DNA of 64,000 nucleotides, taken from Pelagomonas calceolata (taxonomy: Eukaryota). The DNA lies in assembly GCA_918797485.1 (NCBI GenBank), contig CAKKNE010000001.1:620001-684000 (forward strand), written 5' to 3'. The notes under the pieces were generated by a model. That model worked only from the letters and a program-made list of their open reading frames with translations. It had not been told where the DNA came from and made no database searches. Both the position numbers and the translations under genes were made by a program. Each line of letters begins with the position of its first letter. Positions within the stretch are counted from its first letter, which is position 1. This document shows, piece after piece, positions 31,949-43,248 of this stretch.

Positions 31949-33517
31949 CTACTTGATATTATCCCCCTCCGGCGGCGCGCCGCGGGGTGGGTTTCTGAAA
32001 CTACTGTCATCCAGCGTGTCCGAGCCCGGGAAGTGGAGGACGCCGCCCCGCGGCGGTTTTTTGTCAGGAATCTCCAGTTCTCGGCGCCCGAAGGTGATGG
32101 CCGCAAGAGCGCCGTCTTCGCGGGCCACGTCCGCGTCGAGCTCGGTCCTCCCGGGCCGCCAGACCGTCGGCGCCGCCGCCGGGCGCGCGATGTCCGGAGA
32201 GGCCCAGACCGACTTTTTCGTAGGAGCCGCCTCCTCCTCCACGGGATCTACTTCATCAGAAGCGAAGAAGGGGTTCCTTTCCCCGACGTCGCCGAAGGCC
32301 CAGTCGAGGTCGTGCGACACTTCGGGCGGCGTCTCATTCACAAAACCTTGGATCCGCTGGACGTGCGCGTGCCACCTGACAGCTCTTCGCGTCAATGCCG
32401 ACGCCTCGTCATCCCTCCCTTCCTCCAGGTATCTTTCAGCTAGATAGAGCGCGGCCTCGGGCTCGAACAGAACTAAATCACGCTGCTTTGCGATCTCATA
32501 CGCTTGTTTTTCGTCGCCGTGCTCTAAATACAAATTCATGCGTTCCAGTTGGATGCGCCGCCAGCAGTCGTCAAAATCGTTTTTTACAGAATGCTTCTCG
32601 ATGGCTTGTAAAGCGCGATCCAAATATGAGTGAATAATCTGCAACGCGCGGGCCTTCCGTCTTTTTCTGTATTGGGTCCCCGGCGCCGCGATGGCGGCAG
32701 CGAGCTCCTTCTGAGCGACTGCAACCATCGGATCCACAAAAGCCGCGGGCGCCGGCGCCGGCGCCCGTCCCAATCCAAGCCGCGACAGGGCCTTCGCGGC
32801 CGACGCGAAGCTTGGTCTTTTCTTCCGCGGCGCGTCTCCCAATGACACGGGGCGTTCGTCCAAGGATTCGTCCTTCCTGGAACCGAAGCTCCCGAAGGTC
32901 CGCATCTTCGTCCTCACGGAACTCAGTCTTTCCCTCATACTTGGCGGTCGTTCTTCGTCCAGCCACGCCGCCGCCGGCCAGTTTTGCGCCTCGTCGCGCC
33001 GCATGCGACAGAGCGAGACCTGGGCCATGCGAAATAGCGCGTCGGGGTCCTCGCGGAAGGGCGCCTTGCGATCGTACTGGTCCGTGAGCGGCTCGAGTAA
33101 TGCTGCCGCGCCCTCATAATCGTTCTGCGCGAGGCATAGCAAAGCTTCGTTGTAGAGTCGCCACTTCTCGGCCGTCCGCTTGGTCGTGTGCGGTCTACAA
33201 GATTTGACCCACTTGGCGTCGCCGGGTATCGAGGGCGCGGGCGCCTCCGCGGTGCTGGGGCGCCTCCGCGTCGGCGCGATCGGCTCCGGCTCGGGGCTCT
33301 GCGGCCTCGAGGGCGCGGCGTCGTCCGGACCCGGCGCGGGGCTCCGGACGCCAGTCAAGTGATCTGATGAAGGCGGCCGGTCCGCGGTGGGCGGCCGCCG
33401 CCAGACGTCCGCGCCGCCCGCCTCTTGGTATACGTCCAGGATCGCCTCGTCGTCGCGGAGCGCCGCGGCGATCGCCGCGTCGTCGGCGACGTAGGCGTCG
33501 CGGTCCTCGGCCTGCAT
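31949..33517 (-). CDS. Hypothetical protein with TPR-like helices; start uncertain (possible short upstream exon with ATG at 33630)
   Basis: Long ORF with host-like codon usage; helical motifs such as LYNEALLCLAQNDYEGAAALL. Confidence 0.7.
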   Translation of the reverse strand: MQAEDRDAYVADDAAIAAALRDDEAILDVYQEAGGADVWRRPPTADRPPSSDHLTGVRSPAPGPDDAAPSRPQSPEPEPIAPTRRRPSTAEAPAPSIPGDAKWVKSCRPHTTKRTAEKWRLYNEALLCLAQNDYEGAAALLEPLTDQYDRKAPFREDPDALFRMAQVSLCRMRRDEAQNWPAAAWLDEERPPSMRERLSSVRTKMRTFGSFGSRKDESLDERPVSLGDAPRKKRPSFASAAKALSRLGLGRAPAPAPAAFVDPMVAVAQKELAAAIAAPGTQYRKRRKARALQIIHSYLDRALQAIEKHSVKNDFDDCWRRIQLERMNLYLEHGDEKQAYEIAKQRDLVLFEPEAALYLAERYLEEGRDDEASALTRRAVRWHAHVQRIQGFVNETPPEVSHDLDWAFGDVGERNPFFASDEVDPVEEEAAPTKKSVWASPDIARPAAAPTVWRPGRTELDADVAREDGALAAITFGRRELEIPDKKPPRGGVLHFPGSDTLDDSSFRNPPRGAPPEGDNIK

Positions 33518-33892
33518 CTTGGTTCGCCGCCGTCGAGCAGGCGTCACGGAGGTCGCGCCGACGGCGTGTCGGCGTGGGGCTGCCAAACAAGCCCAAACAG
33601 GTGGGGGAGTGTGGTCACTCACCTCGCCATGCTGCGGCGCATAGATCGGGCAGCCGGGAGGACGTTTGCAGCGTAATGTGCGCCACGCCTGGGCCCCAGC
33701 CGGATTGTGGACTGCCCACGCCGCTGTGCATGTGCTAGCGTCGACACTCTAGGAAACCGGCAAACGTTGGGCAGCCTCCGGCAGCCTGTAGCGGCTGCCC
33801 TCCCACACAAGAAGTCGGTCTCCGTGCCTCAAGGGCTCGTCGCGGCCAGGCGCCTATCGTCGTCACGAAGGCAGCCCGAAGACATCAGCGTC

Positions 33893-36592
33893 ATGGCCAG
33901 CACCGCCCACACGGTAGAGAACGCCTGCCGCGTCGTCCGCGCGGACTTGGACGCGCGGCAGGAGGATTTGAGGACCTTGAGGGAAAGATGTGAAAGGGCC
34001 TTCGCCTACTGCGACAACAACGGCCGCGCCGACGCGGAGGCTTTGGAAATCTGGTGCGGCGCCGTGGGCGTCACTTTGGATTCGACGCTCGCGGCCAAGG
34101 CGCGCATCGCACCTATTATAGAGGCGGCCGCTTCCCTAAGAGTATTGCGGGGCCAGCCGCAGGAGCGGGGCGTGACCTTTGATGAATTAGCCGAGTTGGT
34201 ATTGGTGAAGGAGGCGCGCGACGTCGAGCCTCTCGTCCAGCGCGCCAGGGCGTTCTTCGCCGAGAAATGTGACGACGGCCAGGCCGTCATAGCGTGGTTC
34301 CAGGCCAAGGGCTGCGGCGACGAAGTCACGAGGACGGACGCGAGCGCTTGCTTACTAGATCTCGAAGAGCTCCCCATGTCGAGCCTGGGCGCTTTGATTC
34401 TCGCGGAGCGCCTCGATATCAATAGAGATGGCATCATCGATGAGAAGGACGCCCTGGCTTGGCTCGTCGTGCCGAGGAAACACGAGGAGTTGAGGGAGCA
34501 ATTGCAGCGCTGGTGCGTCGCGAGTCACCAATCCCAACCAAAGGTGTGCTTCGACGCCCTGGACCGGAGGGGCCGGGGATTGGCCTCGAGAAGGGACCTC
34601 GAGAAGGTTTTATGTGCGAAGAAATTCTTCGAGCGGGCTTTTACGAGAACAGAGCTCGACGTCGTCCTCACGCAGCTAGACGCGGACGGCAGCGGCTGCG
34701 TCGATGTAAACGAGTTCACGACGTGGCTGTCGCAGGGGCGGAGCGACTTCGTGGACGAAGAAGCAGTTACGGGTGGCGAGGAAGATTCTACCTCATTGTT
34801 CCAGGCCGCGGCGCAGCAATTGCGGGCGGCGCTGCTGGAACGGTGTGGACTCACAGGAGGCATTGGGTCGGCGGACGACTACGGCAAGGCCCAGGAGGCG
34901 CTGGCAGATGAATTCCGGAAGGTCGACACAGATCAATCGGGTGTTGTAGATGAGAGCGAGTTTGGGGCGTTAATCGCGTCGATCGTCGACGTCGTCGATG
35001 CGGATCAATTGAGCGTGGGCGAGACGGACGTCATGGTCTCGGTCGAGGCTGACGAGAGGACGTGGGAAGGCTTGGGATGCGAGCTCCTCGAGTCGTGCGA
35101 AGGGTTACGGACGCTGTCGCTGAAGAGTAGTCGAGTGGAGGGGTTGAGAGCTGGTGACATCATAAAAAGTATCTGTGGCCAGTCGGTGAACGAGATGGCC
35201 GCGACTTTAGATTCGGAATTTGTGGAGAACAATCCTCTGGATGCATTAACGAAGCGTGCACAGTTCGCTCTACAGACCGGTCCTCTGGTCTCGCTGGTCG
35301 TGTCGAGGAAGTCTCTCTACAAACTCGCGAAGAGGCACGTCGCGGCGTTGTGGCGGGCCGTCGACGCGGACGCGTCCGGTTCTGTTGAAAGGGAGGAGGT
35401 CGAGCGCTTCGTTTTAGATGACGCGCCGGAGGCCGGGGAGCACGAGTTCGCTGTGGTGTTGGAAGCGTTAAGAGAGGCGGCTCGGAAGACGTTCGATCCC
35501 TCTGATACCTTGGCGCCGGTGGCCCAGGCCTTCCGGAGTGTGGCGCGGTTGACCGAGAGACCCTTTGTTGGAGACAGCCCGCACTCATTACCGACGCACG
35601 TGTTGGGCGTCTGGGCGCGGCAGGTATCGAATTGTTCTAGAAGGCAGGGCACTTTATTTCAAGAAAGATTAGATCGCAACTGTGATGGTGTGGTCAGTAG
35701 GTCGGAGTTCGGGGCGTGGCTCTATCCTACGAGACCAATAGACAAGCTCAAGGAGCTGATCTGCGACGTTGTTGATAGGCACTTCCAGGGCAAAATGGCC
35801 AAGCTGTGGGCTCGAATGCTACCACAAAACCCCAACGGGTCCATACAACGAGAACACCTCCAATCTAAGTTGAGACAGGCTGGTTTAGGATATGTGGGGC
35901 CGGGCGAGGTCGATTGCATCCTAGAAGCGACCGGGGATAAAAAGTCGCTGCGGTTTTTTAGGTTGTGCGCCTTTTGCGGGCGGGAGCCCGAGCGGCTGCC
36001 GCCGCCGTCTCCCGTCAAAAAGAGGAAGAAGCGCGTCTCAATGCCGCGCCCGGCGACGGCGCCGCCTCGGATACAACGCAAGGCTGTAGTCAAACCGCCG
36101 CCGCCGCCACCGGATGACAATGAAGACGCCAGCGACGCCGACGTCGACGAGCAAATGGACAAGGTCGCTTTGACGGCGTTACAAGCGAGATTTCGCGCCG
36201 CGCCGTGCAGGGGCACCCTCGACGCGTTGCGAAGTCGAGACGCGGCCGTGCTCGAGCTGGAGGAGGCCTACGCGCGCGAGGCCGCGCTTAAAGTGGACGT
36301 GGCCCACGCGAAGGCGCTGGTGCGCAAGGCCGTCGCCGCGGCGCTGCGAAAGGCCGAGGCCGAGCGCGTTGACGTTGAGAAGGCGCGAGACGAGGAAAAC
36401 AAAAAACTGGCCCTCGAGAACAAGAAGCTCCTTCAACAAGTCGAGAAGCTGAAAACGCAGCTCCGGGCTGCGGTGGTTGCGAAGCAGCACGCGGTCCACG
36501 AGGCCGAGCTCAAGGTGACGGACCACTTCCGGAAGAAGCTGGCGGCGGCGGCGAAGAATGAGAAGAGGGACCCGCTTAAGACAGTATCATGA
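33893..36592 (+). CDS. Multi-EF-hand protein with PDZ-like segment and coiled-coil tail
   Basis: DINRDGIIDE, DADGSGCVDVNEF, DTDQSGVVDESEF, DADASGSVEREE, DRNCDGVVSRSEF; GLRAGDIIKSICG. Confidence 0.85.
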   Translation: MASTAHTVENACRVVRADLDARQEDLRTLRERCERAFAYCDNNGRADAEALEIWCGAVGVTLDSTLAAKARIAPIIEAAASLRVLRGQPQERGVTFDELAELVLVKEARDVEPLVQRARAFFAEKCDDGQAVIAWFQAKGCGDEVTRTDASACLLDLEELPMSSLGALILAERLDINRDGIIDEKDALAWLVVPRKHEELREQLQRWCVASHQSQPKVCFDALDRRGRGLASRRDLEKVLCAKKFFERAFTRTELDVVLTQLDADGSGCVDVNEFTTWLSQGRSDFVDEEAVTGGEEDSTSLFQAAAQQLRAALLERCGLTGGIGSADDYGKAQEALADEFRKVDTDQSGVVDESEFGALIASIVDVVDADQLSVGETDVMVSVEADERTWEGLGCELLESCEGLRTLSLKSSRVEGLRAGDIIKSICGQSVNEMAATLDSEFVENNPLDALTKRAQFALQTGPLVSLVVSRKSLYKLAKRHVAALWRAVDADASGSVEREEVERFVLDDAPEAGEHEFAVVLEALREAARKTFDPSDTLAPVAQAFRSVARLTERPFVGDSPHSLPTHVLGVWARQVSNCSRRQGTLFQERLDRNCDGVVSRSEFGAWLYPTRPIDKLKELICDVVDRHFQGKMAKLWARMLPQNPNGSIQREHLQSKLRQAGLGYVGPGEVDCILEATGDKKSLRFFRLCAFCGREPERLPPPSPVKKRKKRVSMPRPATAPPRIQRKAVVKPPPPPPDDNEDASDADVDEQMDKVALTALQARFRAAPCRGTLDALRSRDAAVLELEEAYAREAALKVDVAHAKALVRKAVAAALRKAEAERVDVEKARDEENKKLALENKKLLQQVEKLKTQLRAAVVAKQHAVHEAELKVTDHFRKKLAAAAKNEKRDPLKTVS

Positions 36593-36851
36593 GGTTAGCC
36601 ACGCGGTGCCCCAGTCCTGTTGCGTTTAGACCACGCCTCTCGAGCCGCTGACGCGTACTTTGACGCATCTAGGTTGCGACGTAAATTCGGGTTTACTCCA
36701 TTTCTCGGAGCGGAGGGGTCGTGCCAGTTGTCTACTCGACAGCCTGAGCTCCCGAGCCGAGGATGGCACCTCCGAAAAAAGAAAATGGCCGGCGCCATAC
36801 CGTCGAACTTGGGGGACGAAGTCGAGGGGTCCGACCCGCTAAGACAGATCA

Positions 36852-36876
36852 TAAATAAATAAATAAATAAATAAAT
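36852..36876. repeat. (AAAT)n microsatellite between convergent genes
   Basis: taaataaataaataaataaataaat. Confidence 0.85.
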
Positions 36877-36916
36877 TAAGGTCATAAAGTTAGGCACACG
36901 GCATACAAATATCGGG

Positions 36917-37339
36917 TCACGAGTCGAGGTTGCGCGGCGAAGGGTCCGTCGAGAGGCGCCCCCGCGGCGCCTTCCGCGGCGGCGGTGGTGGCTCCTTCGG
37001 CGTTTCTGGGGGTGGCGGCGGCGGCCCGCGCCGCTGGATGCGCTCCAGGTGCAAATTGCGCAGCACCGAGTTGATCTGCCGGAAGTCGGGGTCGGCCTCG
37101 TCGTCGTCCGGTCCTATTGATCGTCGCGGCGTGAGCGCGCGCGTCTCCATGGAAGGCGACGGCGACGGCGACGAGGGCGACTCCTCCTCCATCGACGAGA
37201 CCCGTAACCTCTTCACGCCGCGGTCGAGGCGCGCCTCGAGCGTCTCGGAGCGCGAGCGCTTGCCCGTCGCCGTCGAGCCGGTCTCGCTGAGGTCCTCGTC
37301 GTCGGCGTCGGGCAGGGGCGGGGGGTACTGGCGGTCCAT
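36917..37339 (-). CDS. Hypothetical low-complexity protein
   Basis: ATG at 37339; conserved-looking FRQINSVLRNLHLER helix. Confidence 0.6.
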   Translation of the reverse strand: MDRQYPPPLPDADDEDLSETGSTATGKRSRSETLEARLDRGVKRLRVSSMEEESPSSPSPSPSMETRALTPRRSIGPDDDEADPDFRQINSVLRNLHLERIQRRGPPPPPPETPKEPPPPPRKAPRGRLSTDPSPRNLDS

Positions 37340-37602
37340 TGTGTCGCTCTGGTTCGTTTGCGTGTGTGCGCAGTCGTGCGCTGCTACGCTGGTAGGGCTG
37401 GCGGCGACGCCGCGGCGGCTGGCGCGGCGCTGACCCAAGATGACTCTTGCAGTGGGATTGGTCCCTGCGACGCGTGGGCGCGCAGCGCTCGAGCCGGCCG
37501 GACAGCTGGTGCGCTGGAAGCCGTAAGGACGAGAAACGTTCCCCGCGCAATCGCTGCGGCTCCAGACGCTGTAATTTTGGCAATCAAGCCGAACCTGGAC
37601 TT

Positions 37603-37626
37603 GCTAGTGTCTTACAGCCGCTAGCT
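37603..37626 (-). promoter_or_regulatory. Paired-CTAG upstream motif (divergent promoter)
   Basis: Reverse complement AGCTAGCGGCTGTAAGACACTAGC. Confidence 0.7.
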
Positions 37627-37954
37627 CGGTAGTCACGGCCGGATTTCTACCGGCGACGCGTTCTAATCGGTGCTCTACGGCGTCTCGTGGCGCCAGCGTT
37701 GTCCGGACGCCAAAGAGCAGCATTCAGTGATAAATTGCCATTGCGAGCCTCGTACGCGACGCAAACTTATCACTGGACAGCGCACGTTGCGGCATAGCAC
37801 CGCCGGACATCCCGGCACGCGCCCTGCAAGCAAGCTCGGTTGAAAAAGGCTCTCCTGGCGTGAACAACGCGTTGCTGTGCAGAGCAGTGCAAAACGCATA
37901 AATACTCGTAGAGTTACAAACGCGTGCCGTGAACGAGCGCAGCGCATCGCAGCC

Positions 37955-39349
37955 ATGCCCAAGCAAAAGCGGGCCGACAAGCTCAAACACAAGGGCGACA
38001 AGCGCCGGAAGACGGACAACCTCGAGGTCGTTTTGAGGGAGGACCTAGCACAATCATCAGGAATCGTGCAGCCGAAGCCGCCGCGCGCGCCGAAGCAACG
38101 AAGTCGAGCGGACTCAGACGACGAGCTCGACCCTGAACAACAAAAAAAGATCGAGACCATGGCGCGGGCCCAGGCCTCGGATGAATTACAAAGAGAGGTG
38201 CAAATCATGAGAGACGACTCGTCCAGTGACGACGAAAGTGAAGACGATTTAGGACTAGACGACGACGGCGAGGATATAGATGGTCTAGATTTCGGCGCGG
38301 AGGCGCTGTCGCCCTCACAAAGTGCATTAGTAGACTCCTTCCTGAACCCGGGCGGGCGGACGCGAACGCTGGCGGACCTGATCATGGAGAAGATCGCCGA
38401 GAAGGAGGCCGCGCAGCACGGCGACGACGATGAGGACGATGATGATCAATTGCCAGACAAAGTAGTAGAAGCTTATACCGGCATGGTGCCCTTGCTGCGG
38501 CGATATAGGTGTGGCAAATTACCGAAGGCCTTCAAGGTCATCCCGGCCTTAGAGAGGTGGGAGGAGATCCTCTGGATGACCCGTCCAGATGAATGGAGCC
38601 CGCACTGCGTGCACGCCGCGACTCGGGTCTTCGCTTCGAATTTAGACCCGAAACGGGCTCGTACCTTCTACGGGGACGTGTTGCTGGAAAGGTGTCGGGA
38701 CGACATCCGAGAGCACCGTCGTCTCAACTACCACTTGTATCAGGCGCTGCACCGCGCGTTGTTCAAACCGGCGCCCTGGTTCAAAGGGGTTTTGCTACCT
38801 TTAGTGAAGAGTGGCGACTGCACTTTAAGGGAGGCGTTGGTGTTTGGGTCGGTACTGGCCAAGGCCAGTGTCCCCCAGGCGCACGCGGCCGTGGTCATAA
38901 TGAAATTGGCGGAGCTGCCCTACTCGGGCGCGCAGTCGGTGTTTCTGATAGTGTTATTGAATAAGAAGTACGCGCTGCCCGTGCGCGTCGTGAGCGCCGT
39001 CGCGCGCTGTGTGGAAACCAAATTTCGGGCGCCCCACGCCATCGACGCGATGTTGTCTCCGTAGCTGCATCTGCTCGATGGCGTGGACCTAACTCACTGG
39101 TTGATTACCACACAGGTCGCGAAGGCGTTCCTGGCGCACGCCGACGACTCGTCCGAGCGGCCGGTGTTGTGGCACCAATCTCTACTAGTGTTCGTGCAGA
39201 GATATAGGGGCGACCTGTCGGACGACCTCTCGGGCCGGATCCTGAAATTGCTCAAAACGCACCGCCACCACACGATCACGCACGACATCCGGCGGGAGTT
39301 GACGGCGGGCCACCGGCAGCGGGCGGCCGCGGCGGCGGCGGCGCGGTAG
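37955..39349 (+). CDS. BYSL: Bystin (Enp1); intron 38999-39115
   Basis: RTLADLIMEKI, GKLPKAFKVIP, LNYHLY, LNKKYALP, PVLWHQSLLVFVQRY. Confidence 0.95.
39007..39115 (+). mobile_element. Introner family A copy
   Basis: GTCGCGCG|CTGTGTGGAAACCAA...TTGATTACCACACAG|GTCGCGAA. Confidence 0.85.
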
Positions 39350-39434
39350 GCGTCGTCTAAGATTGACCAACTCCTCCATTGCGTCACATACGCGGCGGCG
39401 ACGGCGTCGAGGGCTCTTGCGTTTAGGAAAGCCT

Positions 39435-39458
39435 GCTAGCGGCCCGTAAGGCACTAGC
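39435..39458 (+). promoter_or_regulatory. Paired-CTAG upstream motif (PI3K)
   Basis: GCTAGCGGCCCGTAAGGCACTAGC. Confidence 0.65.
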
Positions 39459-39588
39459 AAAAGCAAGCCTGGTGAGCCTTGCTGCGGACGAGGAACGGCA
39501 AAGAGATGCCAGGCTGACGCTGCGCCTTCCTTTCGCGTGCAAAATGATGCGCGCGACGGCTGCCCCATCGCTCTGATGGTCCGAGCAA

Positions 39589-42500
39589 ATGTGGCAGCCT
39601 AGCACCCCGGCGCCGCCGCCGCGCGAGCGCGCCGAGAATGTGCGCGCGATGAGGAATGCGCGCGTGGAGAGGCTCGGAACTGACGGGGCCGTCGACGCCT
39701 CGACGACGACGTTCTTACGGTCCATTCCGGCTTTTCAAGGGTTCGGCGAGAATCAACTAAGGAGAATCCGGGCCGCGTTGCGGCGGCGGGCCTACGCGGC
39801 GCACGAGATTTTAATAGAGCAGGGCGCCGCGATCGGGAGCGACGCGTTCTTCGTCCTCGCGTCGGGCCGCGTGCGCGTCTTCGTTGATGGGAGGCAGGTA
39901 GCTGTATTATCTGCTGGCGACTACGTGGGTGAGCGCGCCCTGGTCCTGCGGGAGCCGCGAGCCTCGACCTGCGTCGCCGACGCGGAGGGCTGCGCCTGCC
40001 TCGTGCTCGACGCGGAGGCCTTCGAGGACGCCGTGCTCGCCCGGGGAAGCGAGGACCTGTCTCCTTCGAAGCGGACGCGGCGCCGGTCGTCGTGGGTCCG
40101 TTCGTTTAATGCTTATGAGCACGACGCCCGGGACGAGGGCGCGGGCCGCCTTGGGGCCTTCGCGGCGGACTACGCGGCGCTATTGTCGGAAACGAGCGGT
40201 GACGGGGATTTCTCGTCCGCGCTTAATGGTGACGCGCTGTCTCCCGTCAAAGCCGCGGAGCTGCGTCTTTTACTGCTCGCGGAGCTGACGCCGGAGCTGT
40301 CCGCGGAGGAAGCCGTCGATCGTATCATCGGCCTCGCGGAGCGCGTCTTTCCTGGGACCGTGGCGGTCCGCGACCCCGTCGCCGGCGAGGCGCATCGAAT
40401 CGTCGTCGCGGATTCCGCGCTCGCGGCGCCCGTCACGAGCCGAGGCCGGCTCCTCGCGATCTTGGAGCTGCGGGGCGGATCCATCCCGCCGAGCTGGGTG
40501 CCGGCCGCGACCATCTTCGCCGAGGCCCTCGCCGCGCCGTTGGCTTCTTCCCGGACCGCGCGCCGCGATAGCGTACACGCCGACGACCCGCCGCCACCAC
40601 CACCACCACCCGCCGCCGGGCTCGAAAAACTCATCGCCGCGCACGTGCTCCACCGGCCTTCAAAGGAAGAGAAGCGGCTCCTCTGGGCCGCGCGCGAGGC
40701 GCTCGTAGGTGAACCACGCGCGCTGCCCAAGGTCTTGCTCGCCGTCGACTGGAGCGTGAAGAGTCAGGTCCGCGAAGCTTACCGTTTGCTAGGAAAGTGG
40801 GCACCGCTGCCGCCCCTGCACGCGCTGCAGCTCTTGAGTAAGCGCTTCCCGGACGCGAAGGTCCGCGCCTTCGCGGTGCGCTGCCTCGAGCCTTTAGGTG
40901 ACGCGGACCTTGCGGCCGTGACGCTGCAATTGGTCCAGGTCGTCAAGGCCGACCGGTGCCACGACACGGCCCTGAACCGCTTCTTATTGAGGAGGGCGTT
41001 GCGGAGCCCGCTCGTCTGCGGCCACGCCTTGTACTGGGCCCTCGCGGCGGAGATCGATAAAGAAACCCACGCGTGCCGCGTCCTGCACGACGTCTATGCT
41101 CGGAGCTGCGGCGCGTACCGCGCGAAGCTCGGGCACCAGGTCTTGCTGGTGAAGCGCCTCGCGGCGATCTCGGCCAAACTAGCCTCCGTCAAGTCGAACC
41201 GCGATGATAAATTGCGGGTGTTGCTTTCCGAAGTCGTCCTCGCGCCGACGTTCCAGCTGCCGCTCTCGCCCTACATGGTCTGTGCCGGCTTGAATATTGA
41301 GAAGTGCCGCGTCCTGGGGTCCGCGAAGAGTCCGCTCTGGCTCGAATTTACGAATGCGGTCGTCGGCGCGGCGCCGCACGTCGTCATCTTCAAAACCGGC
41401 GACGACCTGCGCCAGGCAGTGCATAAATCAAATTGTCGCGGGACATCCGTCGCTGTTGAATCATGGCTTCCACGCCATCGACGCGACGTCAACACGAAGG
41501 CGTGGCGGTGTGGTGCGCGCCCGACTCACAGATTGATTTGCGCACAGGCGCCAAGACCAGCTCACCTTGCAACTCTTGCGGTCGATGGACGCGCTCTGGC
41601 GCGCGCGGGGCCTGGACCTGCGCATGTCGCCTTCGGTGTGGAAATCAAAATTTTACGGCGCGTTCGCTGAATCATCGCGTCGTCCTCCACGCCATCAACG
41701 CGACGCCTGCTCGATGGCGTGGCGATGCCGGTTCCTCACCGCTCGACCGAGCCAGGACGGCCGCGCACCCGACGCACTGGTTGATTCCCACACAGGTCGC
41801 CTTACGGCTGCGTCGCGACGGCTAGGCACCAGGGCTTCATCGAGGTCGTGCCGAACGCCTCCACTTTGTCCGAGATCACGCGCGACGAGCGCTTCCGGCA
41901 TGGAGCCCCCCTGCTCAAGTCGGTGCGGAACAGTGCACAAATCAAATTCCGAACGCCCGCTCACTGGTTGATTTGCGCACAGGTGCGGAAGCTCGCTGCG
42001 GCAAAGGAGGCCTACTACGGATCCGATGCATTATTGAAGTGGTTGGCGCGGGCGGCGCGCGAGCGAGCTCCCGCTGTAAGCTTCGGGCCGCCCGGCTCCT
42101 TCCGGCACGCGGGCCTCGCGCCACCGACGACGCTGCCGCCGCCGCCGAAGTGGCGCACCGCGCGGAGAAGGGAAGAAGTTAATCCTCTCCAAGAAGGCTC
42201 GCGGGTGTATAGCGTGCTGGATCACTTCGTGCGCTCACTCGCGGGGTACAGCGTCGCGACGCGCGTGCTCGGTGTGGGCGACCGGCATAACGATAACATC
42301 ATGGTAGCCACGGATGGGCGTTATTTTCACGTGGACTTCGGGCATTTTCTAGGACATTTCAAGTCCAAGTTCGGTGTGAAGCGCGAGTCGGCTTCGTTTG
42401 TGCTGACGCCCCATATGGAGACAGTGTTGGGCGGGCGCGGCGCGGGCTACCGCTTCCGGCGCTTCGAAGAGTTGTGCGTCGAGGCGTTTGTCGTCCTTCG

Positions 42501-42726
42501 GGACGAGGCAGACCACCTCATGATTCTATTGATGCTCATGGTCGACGCTGGCATCCCCGAGCTATCTAATTTGGAGGACGTGGCGTGGGTCCACCGCGCC
42601 CTGATTCTCAACGAGCGCGACAACGCCAAGGCTGCCGCGAAGTTCCTGGCGCTCGTCGACGCGGCGCTCGACGACCGACGCACGCGAAGCATGCACGCGA
42701 TCCACAGCCTGGTGCATACGTCCTAG
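39589..42726 (+). CDS. Phosphoinositide 3-kinase with N-terminal cyclic-nucleotide-binding domain; introns 41409-41547, 41626-41795, 41923-41982
   Basis: GDYVGERAL...PRASTC (cNMP); PIK helical domain; spliced FKTGDDLRQDQLTLQ, LGVGDRHNDN, HVDFGHFLG. Confidence 0.9.
41417..41547 (+). mobile_element. Introner family A copy (GC donor from the TSD)
   Basis: GCGCCAGG|CAGTGCATAAATCAA...TTGATTTGCGCACAG|GCGCCAAG. Confidence 0.88.
41634..41795 (+). mobile_element. Introner family A copy, perfect TSD
   Basis: GTCGCCTT|CGGTGTGGAAATCAA...TTGATTCCCACACAG|GTCGCCTT. Confidence 0.92.
41931..41982 (+). mobile_element. Minimal 52-bp introner family A copy, perfect TSD
   Basis: GTGCGGAA|CAGTGCACAAATCAA...TTGATTTGCGCACAG|GTGCGGAA. 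Confidence 0.92.
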
Positions 42727-43248
42727 TAAATTTTTGTTGGTTGTTGACTCCCTAGTCCTTAGAGAGCCGCAGCGAGCATGCAATCAATACCTAGCGTCTC
42801 GACATTCTAGCAAATCCAAAGATACGCTTCGATAACGTCAAAAGAATGACCCAAAGTCAGAATACATCCTAGTCGTTCGCCGAGACCAAATATTTCAGAG
42901 TAGCGTCCCGGGAACATACCCTCGCGCCTCCCGGAAGGCACCGCCCGCGACATTCGCGGATGAGACTTACGGGTTGCCAAAGTACACCAGCGATTGACGC
43001 CGCCATCTACCGTCCAAATAGTACATTATATCAACTCCAGCCTAGTTTTCATACACAATCGACGGAACCGGAGCCGACGGCCCGCGCTCGGAGGGCGGGA
43101 AAAGAATTCTACTAAACAACTCCCGAGTTTATGTTCGTTTCCTTCCGTTTGTTGGAGGTAGAGTCCAACTAGGCCAAATCAGCGGCTACTGAGCTATTTT
43201 AGATGACCCGTTAGAGCCGCGCGATTCGTCGACTTCGCGACCCCACCT

